From Actinomycetota bacterium (lineage in GTDB: Bacteria; Actinomycetota; Actinomycetes; S36-B12; UBA5976), in assembly GCA_041179585.1 (NCBI GenBank), contig JBEGTB010000059.1:4082-28081 (forward strand): a stretch of 24,000 bases of DNA. The letters are read 5' to 3'. The notes beneath the pieces were generated by a model, which had not been told where the DNA came from, did not search any database, and saw only the letters and a program-made list of their open reading frames with translations. Below, piece by piece: positions 1 to 10,878 of the stretch. Each line of letters begins with the position of its first letter. Position 1 is the first letter of the stretch. A program made the translations under genes and the position numbers.

Positions 1-1
1 A

Positions 2-412
2 ATTCAAGCTCAGGTGCTAAATCTGCTTGATGATATTCAAAAAGATTTTGGTATCTCATACATCTTTATTGCGCACGATTTATCTGTGGTTCGCCACATT
101 TCCGATCGCGTCGCTGTTATGTATTTAGGCAAGATTATGGAATCAGCGCCCCAAGATGTGCTTTATTCCAAACCGCTTCACCCATACACCCATGCGCTTC
201 TTTCAGCAGTTCCTGTGGCTGACCCAGATATTGAACGAAGCCGCGAACGCATCATTATTTCTGGAGATCTGCCAAGCCCAAGTAATCCACCGAGTGGCTG
301 TGTTTTCAGAACCCGTTGTTTCAAAGCTCAAGATCGCTGTGCAACAGATGTTCCACAGTTATTGGAAATCACTCCAGGTCATAAAGTTGCCTGCCACTTT
401 CCAATGGCTTAA
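2..412 (+). CDS. Oligopeptide/dipeptide ABC transporter ATP-binding subunit (OppF/DppF-like), C-terminal fragment; 5' end lies outside the window
   Basis: The frame is open from base 2 ([47 protein letters not shown]...), upstream of the Met listed in the ORF track. It carries the D-loop/H-loop region ([10 protein letters not shown]), [12 protein letters not shown], and the oligopeptide-type C-terminal extension [16 protein letters not shown]...C...C. Stop TAA at 410-412. Confidence 0.9.
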   Translation: MQAQVLNLLDDIQKDFGISYIFIAHDLSVVRHISDRVAVMYLGKIMESAPQDVLYSKPLHPYTHALLSAVPVADPDIERSRERIIISGDLPSPSNPPSGCVFRTRCFKAQDRCATDVPQLLEITPGHKVACHFPMA

Positions 413-2505
413 TTAATTTTTAAGAGATTTTCTTTAAAAAATTCGATCGTTTTCAACATTAAATTCTCAGTTATAACTTCTTGCGGCGTCATGTGGGTAA
501 CACCTGCAAGCGGGAGGAATTCATGGTTTTTCTTGTGAGCAAGCAGTTCAGCTGAAAGTTTTAGTGAGTGGGCGGCAACAACATTGTCATCAGCTAGACC
601 GTGAACAAGCAGAAGAGGCCTTGATAATTTATGGGCTTTTTCAATTAACGAATGAGCTTTATAAATATCTTCATTTTCATCAGGATGGCCTAAGTAGCGC
701 TCGGTGTAGGCAGTGTCATAAAGCTTCCAGTCGGTGACTGGAGCTCCGGCAACAGCAGCATGGAAATGTTCAGGGGCATCTAGTACGGCAAGTGCTGAAA
801 GGTATCCACCAAATGACCAACCAGTTATACCCACACGGCTTAGATCAACATCGTTTGGATAGTGTGCGGCAACATCTTTCAATGCCGCGATCTGATCATC
901 GAGTACTGGCTGCACAAAGTTTTTATAAATACTGCGATCCCATTTAGGTCCACGTGCCGGTGTTCCGCGGTTATCAGCAACAATCACCACAAAACCCTGA
1001 TCGGCAAACCATTGGTCTTCAACATAGACAAGCGCCCCATTTAAAACTTGAGCACCATGTGGTCCGCCGTATGGGCGCATGATTACTGGCAACTTTCCTG
1101 AACCGAATTTGTGACCAGTAGGGAAGAGCACTGCAGTATTTACATTGTGCGGGCCAGTCTGAAGATTATGAACTTCAGGTTGGATCAGGGGATGTTCAGC
1201 AAGATTGTCGAAAATATGAATAGGTTTACCATCTTTAAACAGGCTAAATTCCCGTTTCATTTCATGAATGTGGCTGCTGGCTAAAACAATTAGTGTTCCG
1301 GAATCTGAATCAACCGGGGCAGAACTGCTGTTAACTCCTCCATGAGTAAGTTGGACGAGATCGCCGTTCGTTGAGATTTGGTAAAGATCTCGATCGATGG
1401 CATTGGTGGTACCAACGAAGTAAATCTGATCTTTTGTTGTGCCAGTTATGGCCATAACTTGCAGGTCTTTAGGGGAAAGGGTTTTTCCAGAAATTTGGAT
1501 TTCCCTTGTGTCAGAACTGTTGTCATCAATAACAGTTAGCAGTTCTTGATCGATCCAACGTGGTTGTCCTGGAACTACGTCAATGAATTGGGAGTCTTCA
1601 TGCTTGGTTTTGATTTCAAGTGAACCAGAAACAAGTTCAAATGTTTGAAATTCGGTTTGCTTGCGGTTTGCCACAGTTATTAAAGCATTGTGTTTTTTTT
1701 GCCAACTAATACTGACTAAATATTCGTAAGATGTTCGGTCCCATTCGATTTTTGTTTTCTTGCCACTTAAGTCAGACAGATACAGTTCCACAACTGGGTT
1801 TGTTGTTCCAGAAGCTGGGTACTTATGTTCCTGAGGTTCATTTTGTGGACTTGTTGGATCTGAAATCCACCATGTCGGTACATTCGAATTATTAAATTTT
1901 TCAACCAGAATTGAATTTGAGTCTGGTGCCCACCAGAAACCGCGCATGCGTCCAAGTTCTTCAGCGGCAACAAAATCCACTAATCCCCATGCGCAATCTT
2001 TTTTAGATTCGTTCGTTAAATTCTTTTCATTTGTGCCATCAACATTGCAGATTAATAAATCTTTTCCGGTAGTCCAAGCAATGTGATTTCCATCAGGACT
2101 TAGTTGTGGATCAATAATCGGCCCAGTTACAGAAATTTCTTTCGTTTTTCCAGATTCCAGATCAACTACAAATAACAGACCTGAAAGTGCGAAACAAACT
2201 TTGGTGCCATCACTATCAGTTGAGTAAGCAGTTATCCCCGACGTTTGTTCACGCATGCGCTCACGTCGTGCCTTTTCAGCAGCGGGAACATCTTCGGAAC
2301 TTGTTAGTAAATCTTTTGGATCAGCAATTTTGTTTTCTAAGTTTTTAGCTAAGTCATAAACCCAAAGTGAATTAACTGCATCACGGCCGTGATCGCTACG
2401 GAGAAAAGATACGAACTTTCCTGATTCGCTAATTTGAAATGACCGGGGCGCACCCAGTTGAAAATTACGGGTGGCGGCTTTTTGTCTTGGAAATGTTTCG
2501 GTCAC
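409..2505 (-). CDS. S9 family serine peptidase, dipeptidyl-aminopeptidase (DPP-IV)-like, with a beta-propeller N-domain and an alpha/beta-hydrolase C-domain
   Basis: 698-aa ORF. It has the nucleophile elbow GWSFGGY, the acid residue in HGLADDNV, and His in GVTHM near the C-terminus. The N-terminal half has propeller-type motifs ([22 protein letters not shown]). GTG start at 2505-2503. The stop (409-411) overlaps the stop of the converging ABC gene. Confidence 0.88.
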   Translation of the reverse strand: MTETFPRQKAATRNFQLGAPRSFQISESGKFVSFLRSDHGRDAVNSLWVYDLAKNLENKIADPKDLLTSSEDVPAAEKARRERMREQTSGITAYSTDSDGTKVCFALSGLLFVVDLESGKTKEISVTGPIIDPQLSPDGNHIAWTTGKDLLICNVDGTNEKNLTNESKKDCAWGLVDFVAAEELGRMRGFWWAPDSNSILVEKFNNSNVPTWWISDPTSPQNEPQEHKYPASGTTNPVVELYLSDLSGKKTKIEWDRTSYEYLVSISWQKKHNALITVANRKQTEFQTFELVSGSLEIKTKHEDSQFIDVVPGQPRWIDQELLTVIDDNSSDTREIQISGKTLSPKDLQVMAITGTTKDQIYFVGTTNAIDRDLYQISTNGDLVQLTHGGVNSSSAPVDSDSGTLIVLASSHIHEMKREFSLFKDGKPIHIFDNLAEHPLIQPEVHNLQTGPHNVNTAVLFPTGHKFGSGKLPVIMRPYGGPHGAQVLNGALVYVEDQWFADQGFVVIVADNRGTPARGPKWDRSIYKNFVQPVLDDQIAALKDVAAHYPNDVDLSRVGITGWSFGGYLSALAVLDAPEHFHAAVAGAPVTDWKLYDTAYTERYLGHPDENEDIYKAHSLIEKAHKLSRPLLLVHGLADDNVVAAHSLKLSAELLAHKKNHEFLPLAGVTHMTPQEVITENLMLKTIEFFKENLLKIN

Positions 2506-2511
2506 ACCATG

Positions 2512-2540
2512 AATATTGCCACTTTAAGTGTTTGCGTCAT
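2512..2540 (-). promoter_or_regulatory. Candidate promoter for the S9 peptidase gene: ATGACG (2540-2535), 17 nt, AATATT (2517-2512), then 6 nt to the GTG start; implies a leaderless transcript
   Basis: Read from the reverse complement of 2506-2540. There is no Shine-Dalgarno-like purine run between the hexamer and the GTG. Confidence 0.3.
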
Positions 2541-2886
2541 TGTGAAAAATAACGCTTGGATTACATTGGCAAAACGGTGCTTGACTTAACCGCCATGATC
2601 GGTCACTATAAGTGCGCTAGTTATTTATAACCAAGCAAGCTTCCCCGCTAAACCGATGTTTTTCGGTTGATCAGTACTAGTTGGCTCTAGCTGTCCTAGT
2701 TGAGTGCGGATCAATGGAAAAAGCGATGGTTTCGCGGAAATTTGAAGCGAATTGGACAGTGGCTGCCGCGTCTAGGTATGCTACAAGTTCGCCGTGCCCT
2801 AAAACAGCCCTTATTTTGCTAACCGCATTTGACAGGGTTTATTCAGTGCGCGTGCGTCCTTAACAGCTAGCTCGGAAGGACCACTG

Positions 2887-5800
2887 TTGGCCGCCTCACG
2901 ATCGACCTCACGCAGTTCCACCGGCCCGAAGAGGGTCTCATTTGCAAAGATTCGCGAACCACTAGAAGTTCCAGATCTACTTGCACTACAAATTGAATCA
3001 TTCGATTGGCTTCTTGGTAATCAAGACTGGAAAGACCGCGTTGCCGCGGCGCTTGCAGCTGGCCACAATGAAATTCCACAGACACATGGTTTAGAAGATG
3101 TGTTTGCCGAAATTAGTCCAATTGAGGATTACAACGGCACCATGTCTTTGACATTTGCTCAACCAAGCTTCGATGAACCTAAGTACAACGAAGATGAGTG
3201 TCGTGAAAAAGATTTAACTTACTCACAGCCTTTATATGTAAATGCTGAATTCATGAACAACGAAACTGGTGAAATCAAGAGCCAGACAGTTTTCATGGGT
3301 GACTTCCCGCTGATGACCAAGAAGGGCACCTTCATCATCAATGGAACCGAACGTGTTGTTGTTTCACAGCTTGTTCGTTCACCAGGTGTTTACTTCGAAC
3401 GCTCACTAGATAAAACATCAGACAAAGACATCTACACCACAAAGATCATTCCTTCACGTGGTGCTTGGCTTGAATTTGAAATTGATAAGAAAGATCTTGT
3501 TGGCGTTCGTATCGACCGCAAGCGTAAGCAGCCAGTAACTGTGTTCTTAAAGGCCCTTGGTCTTACCAACGAACAAATTCGTGAACAGTTCGGCGCTTAC
3601 GAATCAATGATGTCGACTCTTGATAAAGACACAACAACTACTCAAGATGAAGCACTACTTGATATCTACCGCAAGCTACGTCCGGGCGAACCACCAACAG
3701 TGGAAGCATCACGTAACTTACTTCTTAACTTCTTCTTCAACGAGAAGCGTTACGACTTAGCAAAAGTTGGCCGTTACAAGGTCAACAAGAAGTTAGGTCT
3801 TGATGCTGATCCAACAAAGACAGTTCTAGACATCAATGACGTTCTAGCAACAATCGAATATTTAGTTCGTTTGCACGCAGGTGAAACTGAATTTAACTCA
3901 AGCCGTGGTCACACCCGCGTTGAAGTTGATGACATCGATCACTTTGGTAACCGTCGCCTTCGTTCTGTTGGTGAACTAATCCAGAACCAGATCCGCACAG
4001 GTTTATCTCGTATGGAACGTGTTGTTCGTGAACGTATGACAACTCAGGATCCAGAAGCGATTACTCCGCTTACTTTGATCAACACCCGTCCAGTGATTGC
4101 TGCAATCAAAGAATTCTTCGGAACCTCTCAGCTTTCACAGTTCATGGACCAGACCAACCCACTTTCAGGTTTAACTCACAAGCGCCGCTTGTCAGCACTT
4201 GGACCTGGTGGTCTATCTCGTGAACGTGCTGGCTTCGAAGTACGTGACGTGCACCCTTCTCACTACGGTCGCATGTGTCCGATTGAAACCCCTGAAGGTC
4301 CAAACATTGGTCTGATCGGTTCACTTTCATCATTTGCGCGCATTAACGAATTTGGTTTCGTTGAAACTCCGTACCGCAAGGTAACTAACGGCAAGGTTTC
4401 AGACAAGATCCAATACTTAACTGCAGATGAAGAAGATCTTCACGTTATTGCTCAGGCAAACTCAAGCCTTAACGAAGACAACACATTCGCTGATCAACGC
4501 GTACTTGTTCGCCGTAAAGGTGGCGAAGTTGATTACGTACTTCCAGCAGACGTTGACTTCATGGACGTTTCACCACGTCAGATGGTTTCTGTTGCAACTG
4601 CAATGATCCCGTTCTTGGAACACGACGACGCTAACCGCGCACTTATGGGCGCAAACATGCAGCGTCAGGCAGTTCCATTGCTACGTAGCGATTCACCATT
4701 TGTTGGTACAGGTATGGAATACCGCGCTGCTAAAGATGCTGGCGACACTGTCGTTGCAACTGGCAGCGGTGTAGTTACTGAAGTAGCTGCTGAAACCATC
4801 ACTGTTGAAGAAGATGGCGGAAAGCACGTTACTTACCAAGTACGTAAATTCCACCGTTCAAACCAGGGCACTTGTTACAACCAACGCCCAATCGTTGCCG
4901 AAGGTGACCGTATTGAAGCTGGCCAAGTAATTGCTGATGGCCCAGCAACTCAAAACGGTGAACTAGCTCTTGGTCGCAACTTACTTGTGGCATTCATGCC
5001 ATGGGAAGGTCTGAACTACGAAGACGCAATTATTCTTAACCAGCGTTTGGTGCAAGACGATGTTCTATCTTCAATTCACATTGAAGAATATGAAATCGAT
5101 GCTCGCGACACCAAGCTTGGTCCAGAAGAAATCACTCGTGATCTTCCGAACCTTTCTGATGAAGTTCTAGCTGATCTTGATGATCGCGGCATCATTCGAA
5201 TTGGTGCTGACGTAGTTCCTGGTGACATCTTGGTTGGCAAGGTAACGCCTAAGGGTGAAACTGAACTAACTCCTGAAGAACGTTTGCTTCGTGCAATCTT
5301 CGGTGAAAAGGCTCGCGAAGTTCGCGATACCTCACTTAAGGTTCCACACGGTGAATCTGGCAAGGTAATCGGCGTTCGCGTATTTGATTCAAGCGAAGAA
5401 GACGACGAATTACCACCAGGTGTTAACCAAATAGTTCGCGTTTACATCGCACAGAAGCGCAAGATCACTGAAGGTGACAAACTTGCTGGCCGTCACGGTA
5501 ACAAGGGTGTTATTTCAAAGATCCTTCCACCAGAAGATATGCCATTCCTTGCTGATGGAACACCAGTAGACATCGTGCTTAACCCACTTGGTGTACCTGG
5601 TCGTATGAACATCGGTCAGATTTTGGAAATCCACTTAGGTTGGATTGCTTCTCAGGGTTGGAAGATCGAAGGCGACCCTGACTGGGCTAAGCACCTAGTT
5701 AAGGAAGCACGCGAAGTTGCTCCTGGAACCAAACTTGCAACACCTGTTTTCGACGGTGCTAAAGAAGATGAAATCGCAGGCCTATTAGCTTCAACTAATA

Positions 5801-6351
5801 AGGGTCGCGACGGTCTAACTTTGGTTGGCGAAAACGGTAAAGCGAAACTGTTCGATGGTCGCTCAGGTGAACCATTCCCAGGTGAGATCGCTGTTGGTTA
5901 CATGTATGTTCTTAAACTTCACCACTTGGTGGATGACAAGATTCACGCACGTTCAACCGGTCCTTACTCAATGATTACTCAGCAGCCACTTGGTGGTAAG
6001 GCTCAGTTCGGTGGCCAGCGCTTCGGTGAAATGGAAGTGTGGGCACTTGAGGCTTACGGCGCTTCTTATGCACTACAAGAATTGCTAACCATCAAATCTG
6101 ACGATGTGCTTGGTCGCGTACGTGTGTACGAAGCAATCGTTAAGGGCGAAAACATTCCAGAACCAGGTATCCCTGAATCATTCAAGGTACTTGTTAAGGA
6201 AATGCAGTCACTATGTCTAAACGTTGAAGTTCTATCTAGCGATGGCACTGCAATCGAGATGCGTGATACAGCTGAAGAAGTCTTCCGCACCGCTGAAGAA
6301 CTTGGAATCGACCTGTCGCGCCGTGAGTCGCTCAGCGTCGAAGAAATCTAA
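2887..6351 (+). CDS. rpoB: DNA-directed RNA polymerase subunit beta
   Basis: 1154-aa ORF with full-length RpoB hallmarks: the rifampicin-region sequence [32 protein letters not shown], plus [17 protein letters not shown] and [17 protein letters not shown] start at 2887 is preceded by GGAAGGA (2874-2880). Confidence 0.99.
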   Translation: MAASRSTSRSSTGPKRVSFAKIREPLEVPDLLALQIESFDWLLGNQDWKDRVAAALAAGHNEIPQTHGLEDVFAEISPIEDYNGTMSLTFAQPSFDEPKYNEDECREKDLTYSQPLYVNAEFMNNETGEIKSQTVFMGDFPLMTKKGTFIINGTERVVVSQLVRSPGVYFERSLDKTSDKDIYTTKIIPSRGAWLEFEIDKKDLVGVRIDRKRKQPVTVFLKALGLTNEQIREQFGAYESMMSTLDKDTTTTQDEALLDIYRKLRPGEPPTVEASRNLLLNFFFNEKRYDLAKVGRYKVNKKLGLDADPTKTVLDINDVLATIEYLVRLHAGETEFNSSRGHTRVEVDDIDHFGNRRLRSVGELIQNQIRTGLSRMERVVRERMTTQDPEAITPLTLINTRPVIAAIKEFFGTSQLSQFMDQTNPLSGLTHKRRLSALGPGGLSRERAGFEVRDVHPSHYGRMCPIETPEGPNIGLIGSLSSFARINEFGFVETPYRKVTNGKVSDKIQYLTADEEDLHVIAQANSSLNEDNTFADQRVLVRRKGGEVDYVLPADVDFMDVSPRQMVSVATAMIPFLEHDDANRALMGANMQRQAVPLLRSDSPFVGTGMEYRAAKDAGDTVVATGSGVVTEVAAETITVEEDGGKHVTYQVRKFHRSNQGTCYNQRPIVAEGDRIEAGQVIADGPATQNGELALGRNLLVAFMPWEGLNYEDAIILNQRLVQDDVLSSIHIEEYEIDARDTKLGPEEITRDLPNLSDEVLADLDDRGIIRIGADVVPGDILVGKVTPKGETELTPEERLLRAIFGEKAREVRDTSLKVPHGESGKVIGVRVFDSSEEDDELPPGVNQIVRVYIAQKRKITEGDKLAGRHGNKGVISKILPPEDMPFLADGTPVDIVLNPLGVPGRMNIGQILEIHLGWIASQGWKIEGDPDWAKHLVKEAREVAPGTKLATPVFDGAKEDEIAGLLASTNKGRDGLTLVGENGKAKLFDGRSGEPFPGEIAVGYMYVLKLHHLVDDKIHARSTGPYSMITQQPLGGKAQFGGQRFGEMEVWALEAYGASYALQELLTIKSDDVLGRVRVYEAIVKGENIPEPGIPESFKVLVKEMQSLCLNVEVLSSDGTAIEMRDTAEEVFRTAEELGIDLSRRESLSVEEI

Positions 6352-6409
6352 ACGCCCGGTTTAGATAGACGAAAACTAAAAAACTTAACTAGAAAATAAG
6401 GATTAAACA

Positions 6410-9400
6410 GTGTTAGACGTCAACTTCTTCGACGAATTGCGAATTGGTCTTGCAAGCGCAGAGAACATTCGCCTTTGGTCACATGGTGAAGTAAAGAAAC
6501 CAGAAACAATTAACTACCGAACCCTAAAGCCTGAGCGCGATGGTCTGTTCTGTGAAAAGATCTTCGGTCCAACTCGCGACTGGGAATGTTACTGCGGTAA
6601 GTACAAGCGCGTACGCTTCAAAGGCATCATCTGTGAACGATGTGGCGTTGAAGTAACTCGTTCAAAAGTTCGTCGTGAACGTATGGGTCACATCGAACTT
6701 GCTGCACCAGTAACCCACATCTGGTACTTCAAAGGTGTGCCAAGCCGTTTAGGTTACCTACTTGATCTAGCTCCAAAGGATCTAGAAAAGGTAATTTACT
6801 TCGCTGCTTACATGATCACTTCTGTTGATGATGCAACTCGTCGCGAAGACCTGCCAAGTCTTGAAGCACGTCTTGCTGAAGATAAGAGCAACTTAACTAA
6901 GAAGCGCGATAAGGCTATCGATGATCGCCTAAAGAAGATGGAAAAGGACCTTACTGAACTAGAAGCAGAAGGTGCTAAGTCCGATATCAAGCGCAAAGTT
7001 CGTGAATCAGGCGAACGTGAAGCTGCACAGATCCGCAAGAAGTCAGACACCGAAATTGATCGCCTAACCAAGGTATTCGATCGTTTCCGCACACTAAAGG
7101 TTCAAGACCTTGAAGGTGATGAAATGCTTTACCGCGAAATGCGCGATCGTTACGGTCGTTACTTCAAGGGTGGCATGGGCGCAGCTGCAATCAAGGCTCG
7201 TCTTGAAACATTCGATCTTGAAGCTGAATCTGTAAAACTTCGGGACCTAATCGTTAACGGTAAGGGCCAGAAGAAGACTCGTGCATTAAAGCGTCTAAAA
7301 GTTGTTAACGCTTTCATGAACACTGATAACCATCCAGCAGCAATGGTGCTTGATGCAGTTCCAGTTATTCCACCAGATCTTCGTCCAATGGTTCAGCTAG
7401 ATGGTGGACGTTTCGCAACGTCAGATCTAAACGATCTTTACCGTCGCGTAATTAACCGCAACAACCGTCTAAAGCGTTTGCTAGACCTTGGCGCGCCAGA
7501 AATTATCGTTAACAACGAAAAGCGCATGCTTCAGGAATCTGTTGATGCACTATTTGATAACGGTCGTCGCGGTCGTCCAGTAACTGGTCCAGGTAACCGT
7601 CCACTTAAGTCACTTTCAGACATGCTTAAGGGTAAGCAAGGTCGCTTCCGCCAAAACCTTCTTGGTAAGCGCGTTGATTACTCAGGTCGTTCTGTAATTG
7701 TGGTTGGTCCGCAGTTAAAGCTGCACCAGTGTGGTCTACCAAAGCAAATGGCACTTGAACTTTTCAAGCCATTCGTAATGAAGCGTCTAGTTGATCTAAA
7801 CCATGCACAAAACATCAAGAGTGCTAAGCGCATGGTTGAACGTCAGCGTTCTGTTGTTTGGGACGTATTGGAAGAAGTAATTACTGAACATCCAGTATTA
7901 CTAAACCGCGCACCGACACTTCACCGTCTTGGTATCCAGGCTTTCGAACCACAATTGATCGAAGGTAAAGCGATCCAGATTCACCCGCTTGTTTGTACTG
8001 CATTTAACGCAGACTTCGACGGTGACCAGATGGCTGTGCACGTACCGTTATCTGCTGAAGCTCAGGCTGAAGCTCGCGTGTTGATGCTCTCTAGCAACAA
8101 CATCCTTTCGCCAGCAAACGGTCGTCCAATTACTTCACCTACCCAGGACATGGTTCTAGGTCTTTACTCGCTAACCCGAGCAGACCAAGAAGGTCTTGGC
8201 CACGGTCGAATCTTTGGTTCACTAGCTGAAGCAATCATGGCTTTTGATCGCAGCGAATTAGGTCTACAAACCATCGTAAAGATTCGTCTAAATGATGTTG
8301 TTACCGAAATCGGTGGCACCAGTGAAATTCGTGTTATTGAAACAACACTTGGTCGCGCATTATTTAACGAAACACTTCCTGCTGATTACCCATACGTGAA
8401 TGAAGAAGTTAAAAAGTCACGTCTTGGTGAAATCATCAACGATCTAGCTGAGCGTTACCCGAAAGTTCAGGTTGCGGCCACTCTTGATGCACTTAAGGAA
8501 GCTGGCTTCCGTTGGGCAACTCGTTCTGGCGTGACAATTTCATTCGCTGACGTTGTTGCTCCAGCTGCTAAAGCTGAATTACTTGCTGCTGCTGAAGAAA
8601 AAGCAGACAAGATTCAAAAGCAGTATGACCGTGGTTTGATTGCTGACTCAGAACGTCGTCAGGAATTAATCGAAGTCTGGACTGACACAACTAACGCTGT
8701 TGCTGCCAAGATGCAAGAGAACTTCCCAACAACCAACCCAGTTTGGATGATGGTTAACTCTGGTGCTCGAGGCAACATGCTTCAGATCCGTCAGATCGCA
8801 GGTATGCGTGGTCTTGTGGCTAACCCGAAGGGTGAAATTATTCCTCGCCCAATTAAGAGCAACTTCCGTGAAGGTCTGTCAGTACTTGAGTACTTCATTT
8901 CTACACACGGTGCTCGTAAGGGTCTTGCTGACACTGCTCTTCGTACCGCTGACTCAGGTTACTTAACCCGTCGTCTAGTGGACGTTTCACAGGATGTAAT
9001 CATCCGTGAAGAAGACTGTGGAACAGATCGTGGTCTAACTAAGTCACTACGTAAGGCTGATGGAAGTGCCGAAGAAAATCTAGACACTTCAATTGCTTCA
9101 CGTTGTTTGGCTGAAGATGTAGTTGCAGGTGGCAAGACATTATTTGCTGCTGGAACTGACATCGGCATCCTTGACATCGAAGCCATGGTTAACGCCGGCG
9201 TTGATGAAATCAAGGTTCGCTCAGTACTAACTTGTGACAGCCGTTATGGAACATGTGCTCGTTGTTACGGTCGTTCACTTGCTACTTCAAAGCTTGTGGA
9301 CATCGGCGAAGCAGTTGGCATCATCGCAGCTCAATCAATCGGTGAACCAGGTACACAGTTAACAATGCGTACCTTCCACACCGGTGGCGCTGCATCTGAT

Positions 9401-10258
9401 GGTGGTGACATTACCCACGGTCTACCTCGCGTAGTTGAACTTTTCGAAGCTCGTACACCAAAGGGTTACTCACCAATTTCTGCTGCTTCTGGTCGCGTTC
9501 GGATCGAAGAATCAGACAAGGCTAAGAAAGTCATCGTTATTCCAGATGATGGTTCTGAAGAACTTGAATACCCAGTATCAAAGCGTGCCAAGCTTCATGT
9601 TGAAGATGGCGCAAGCATTGCTGCTGGTGACTTGATTCTTTTTGGTAAGCCAGATCCAAAAGAAGTTCTTCGTATCCGCGGTCCACGCCAAGTTCAGATT
9701 CACTTAACTGATGAAGTTCAAGAGGTATACCGCTCACAGGGTGTATCAATCCATGACAAGCACATCGAAGTAATTGTTCGCCAGATGCTAAAGCGCGTAA
9801 TCATCGTGGAACAAGGAAATTCAAACTTCCTAACCGGTGAATTAGTAGAGCGCTCAGCTTACGAAAACGATAACCGTCGTCTAGTTTCCGAAGGTGGCCA
9901 ATCTGCTTCAGCTCGTCCTGAATTGATGGGTATCACTAAGGCATCTCTAGCAACTGAAAGCTGGCTATCTGCTGCATCATTCCAAGAAACAACTCGTGTT
10001 CTAACTGATGCTGCAATCAACGGTAAGCGTGATCCACTTCTAGGTCTAAAGGAAAACGTCATCATCGGTAAGTTAATTCCTGCCGGTACTGGTCTTCCTC
10101 GTTACCGCAACGTCAAGGTTGAACCAACTGAAGAAGCTAAGGCCGCCGTATACGCATCAATGAGTGCATACGACGACTTTGATTACAGCGACTTTGGTCA
10201 AGGTTCTGGCGAAGCAGTTCGTCTAGAAGATTACGACCTAGGTAATTACCGCGGTTAA
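6410..10258 (+). CDS. rpoC: DNA-directed RNA polymerase subunit beta-prime
   Basis: 1282-aa ORF. It has the Zn-finger cysteines ([20 protein letters not shown]), the catalytic [12 protein letters not shown] motif, and bridge-helix/trigger-loop regions. GTG start at 6410 is preceded by AAGGA. A charged coiled-coil-like insertion at about aa 141-250 is typical of Actinobacteria. Confidence 0.99.
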   Translation: MLDVNFFDELRIGLASAENIRLWSHGEVKKPETINYRTLKPERDGLFCEKIFGPTRDWECYCGKYKRVRFKGIICERCGVEVTRSKVRRERMGHIELAAPVTHIWYFKGVPSRLGYLLDLAPKDLEKVIYFAAYMITSVDDATRREDLPSLEARLAEDKSNLTKKRDKAIDDRLKKMEKDLTELEAEGAKSDIKRKVRESGEREAAQIRKKSDTEIDRLTKVFDRFRTLKVQDLEGDEMLYREMRDRYGRYFKGGMGAAAIKARLETFDLEAESVKLRDLIVNGKGQKKTRALKRLKVVNAFMNTDNHPAAMVLDAVPVIPPDLRPMVQLDGGRFATSDLNDLYRRVINRNNRLKRLLDLGAPEIIVNNEKRMLQESVDALFDNGRRGRPVTGPGNRPLKSLSDMLKGKQGRFRQNLLGKRVDYSGRSVIVVGPQLKLHQCGLPKQMALELFKPFVMKRLVDLNHAQNIKSAKRMVERQRSVVWDVLEEVITEHPVLLNRAPTLHRLGIQAFEPQLIEGKAIQIHPLVCTAFNADFDGDQMAVHVPLSAEAQAEARVLMLSSNNILSPANGRPITSPTQDMVLGLYSLTRADQEGLGHGRIFGSLAEAIMAFDRSELGLQTIVKIRLNDVVTEIGGTSEIRVIETTLGRALFNETLPADYPYVNEEVKKSRLGEIINDLAERYPKVQVAATLDALKEAGFRWATRSGVTISFADVVAPAAKAELLAAAEEKADKIQKQYDRGLIADSERRQELIEVWTDTTNAVAAKMQENFPTTNPVWMMVNSGARGNMLQIRQIAGMRGLVANPKGEIIPRPIKSNFREGLSVLEYFISTHGARKGLADTALRTADSGYLTRRLVDVSQDVIIREEDCGTDRGLTKSLRKADGSAEENLDTSIASRCLAEDVVAGGKTLFAAGTDIGILDIEAMVNAGVDEIKVRSVLTCDSRYGTCARCYGRSLATSKLVDIGEAVGIIAAQSIGEPGTQLTMRTFHTGGAASDGGDITHGLPRVVELFEARTPKGYSPISAASGRVRIEESDKAKKVIVIPDDGSEELEYPVSKRAKLHVEDGASIAAGDLILFGKPDPKEVLRIRGPRQVQIHLTDEVQEVYRSQGVSIHDKHIEVIVRQMLKRVIIVEQGNSNFLTGELVERSAYENDNRRLVSEGGQSASARPELMGITKASLATESWLSAASFQETTRVLTDAAINGKRDPLLGLKENVIIGKLIPAGTGLPRYRNVKVEPTEEAKAAVYASMSAYDDFDYSDFGQGSGEAVRLEDYDLGNYRG

Positions 10259-10270
10259 TCATTTAACAGT

Positions 10271-10300
10271 AAAAAGGCCAGTCATTTGACTGGCCTTTTT
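10271..10300 (+). terminator. Intrinsic terminator downstream of rpoC
   Basis: AAAAAGGCCAGTC-ATTT-GACTGGCCTTTTT. An 8-bp GC-rich stem (10276-10283 / 10288-10295) is followed by T5 and preceded by A5, so the shape is bidirectional. It begins 13 nt after the rpoC stop. Confidence 0.85.
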
Positions 10301-10317
10301 ACTTTGGGAAAACGTCA

Positions 10318-10345
10318 TTTACTCGTAGTACATACTGCCTACAAT
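10318..10345 (+). promoter_or_regulatory. Candidate promoter of the SOUL-family gene: TTTACT (10318-10323), 16 nt, TACAAT (10340-10345), then 5 nt to the ATG at 10351
   Basis: Hexamers read directly from the sequence. There is no SD-like sequence before the ATG, and the geometry fits a leaderless mRNA. Confidence 0.45.
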
Positions 10346-10350
10346 GAATT

Positions 10351-10872
10351 ATGACTGAGCAGTTGAAGTATGAAGTCTTAAAGAAGTTTCCCAATTTTGA
10401 AATTCGGCGTTACCCAGATTATTTATTAGTTCAAGTTCGAAGCTCAGGAGAATTTAGAAAAGCTGGTTACTTGGGGTTTTATCCATTATTGCGTTACATA
10501 ACTGGAGAAAATCAATCTTCAACAAAAATTTCTATGACCGCACCAGTTCTACAGGAATCAACTAGTGCCAACGATCATGTAATTTCTTTTGTTTTACCGG
10601 AATCTGTTTCACTTGAAAATGTTCCGGTTCCAAAAGATTCAAGAGTTGAAACAAAGCTAATTAAAAGTCATGACGCAGCTGCTATCAAATTCAGTGGTTC
10701 TTGGTCAAAAGAATCTATGCATCGCAAAGGCGAAGTGTTATTAAATTCTTTAAAGGAAGAGGGAATTAACACCGCTGGTGAGATTTATTTTGCTAGATAT
10801 GATTCACCGAGGAAACCAACGTTTTTACGTCATAATGAAGCGCTAATAGCTTTGGCACATCCATATAAATAA
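10351..10872 (+). CDS. SOUL heme-binding protein family (HEBP-like) protein
   Basis: 173-aa ORF. YEVLKKFPNFEIRRYPDYLLVQV, KISMTAPVLQE and the C-terminal GEIYFARYDSPRKPTFLRHNEALIAL match my recollection of the SOUL/HEBP pattern (..MT.PV.. and ..IYF..YD.P.KP...R.NE.w..). Confidence 0.75.
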   Translation: MTEQLKYEVLKKFPNFEIRRYPDYLLVQVRSSGEFRKAGYLGFYPLLRYITGENQSSTKISMTAPVLQESTSANDHVISFVLPESVSLENVPVPKDSRVETKLIKSHDAAAIKFSGSWSKESMHRKGEVLLNSLKEEGINTAGEIYFARYDSPRKPTFLRHNEALIALAHPYK

Positions 10873-10878
10873 GAACCT

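Noticed and set aside
1-6. The window begins with AATTC, the residue of an EcoRI site
   Set aside because: The window boundaries are arbitrary, so this is almost certainly coincidence and has no biological meaning.
2829-2857. Perfect TTGACA hexamer (2829-2834) close to the rpoB start as a possible promoter
   Set aside because: No acceptable -10 follows at a spacing of 16-19 nt (GTGCGT/TGCGTC). It would also leave almost no room before the SD, so I did not call it.
2681-2863. 60-aa + strand ORF in the rpoB upstream spacer
   Set aside because: It has a TTG start with no SD, no recognisable motif and an Ala/Ser/Val/Arg-rich sequence. It is more simply explained as a chance open frame within the rpoB leader. 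I cannot exclude a small protein without conservation data.
3000-10100. Numerous 60-95-aa antisense or alternate-frame ORFs inside rpoB and rpoC (e.g. 5076-5363, 6808-7092, 8959-9213)
   Set aside because: They are embedded in strongly conserved coding sequence. Their Ser/Arg-rich composition is typical of the reverse frame of these genes, and none has start-site context.
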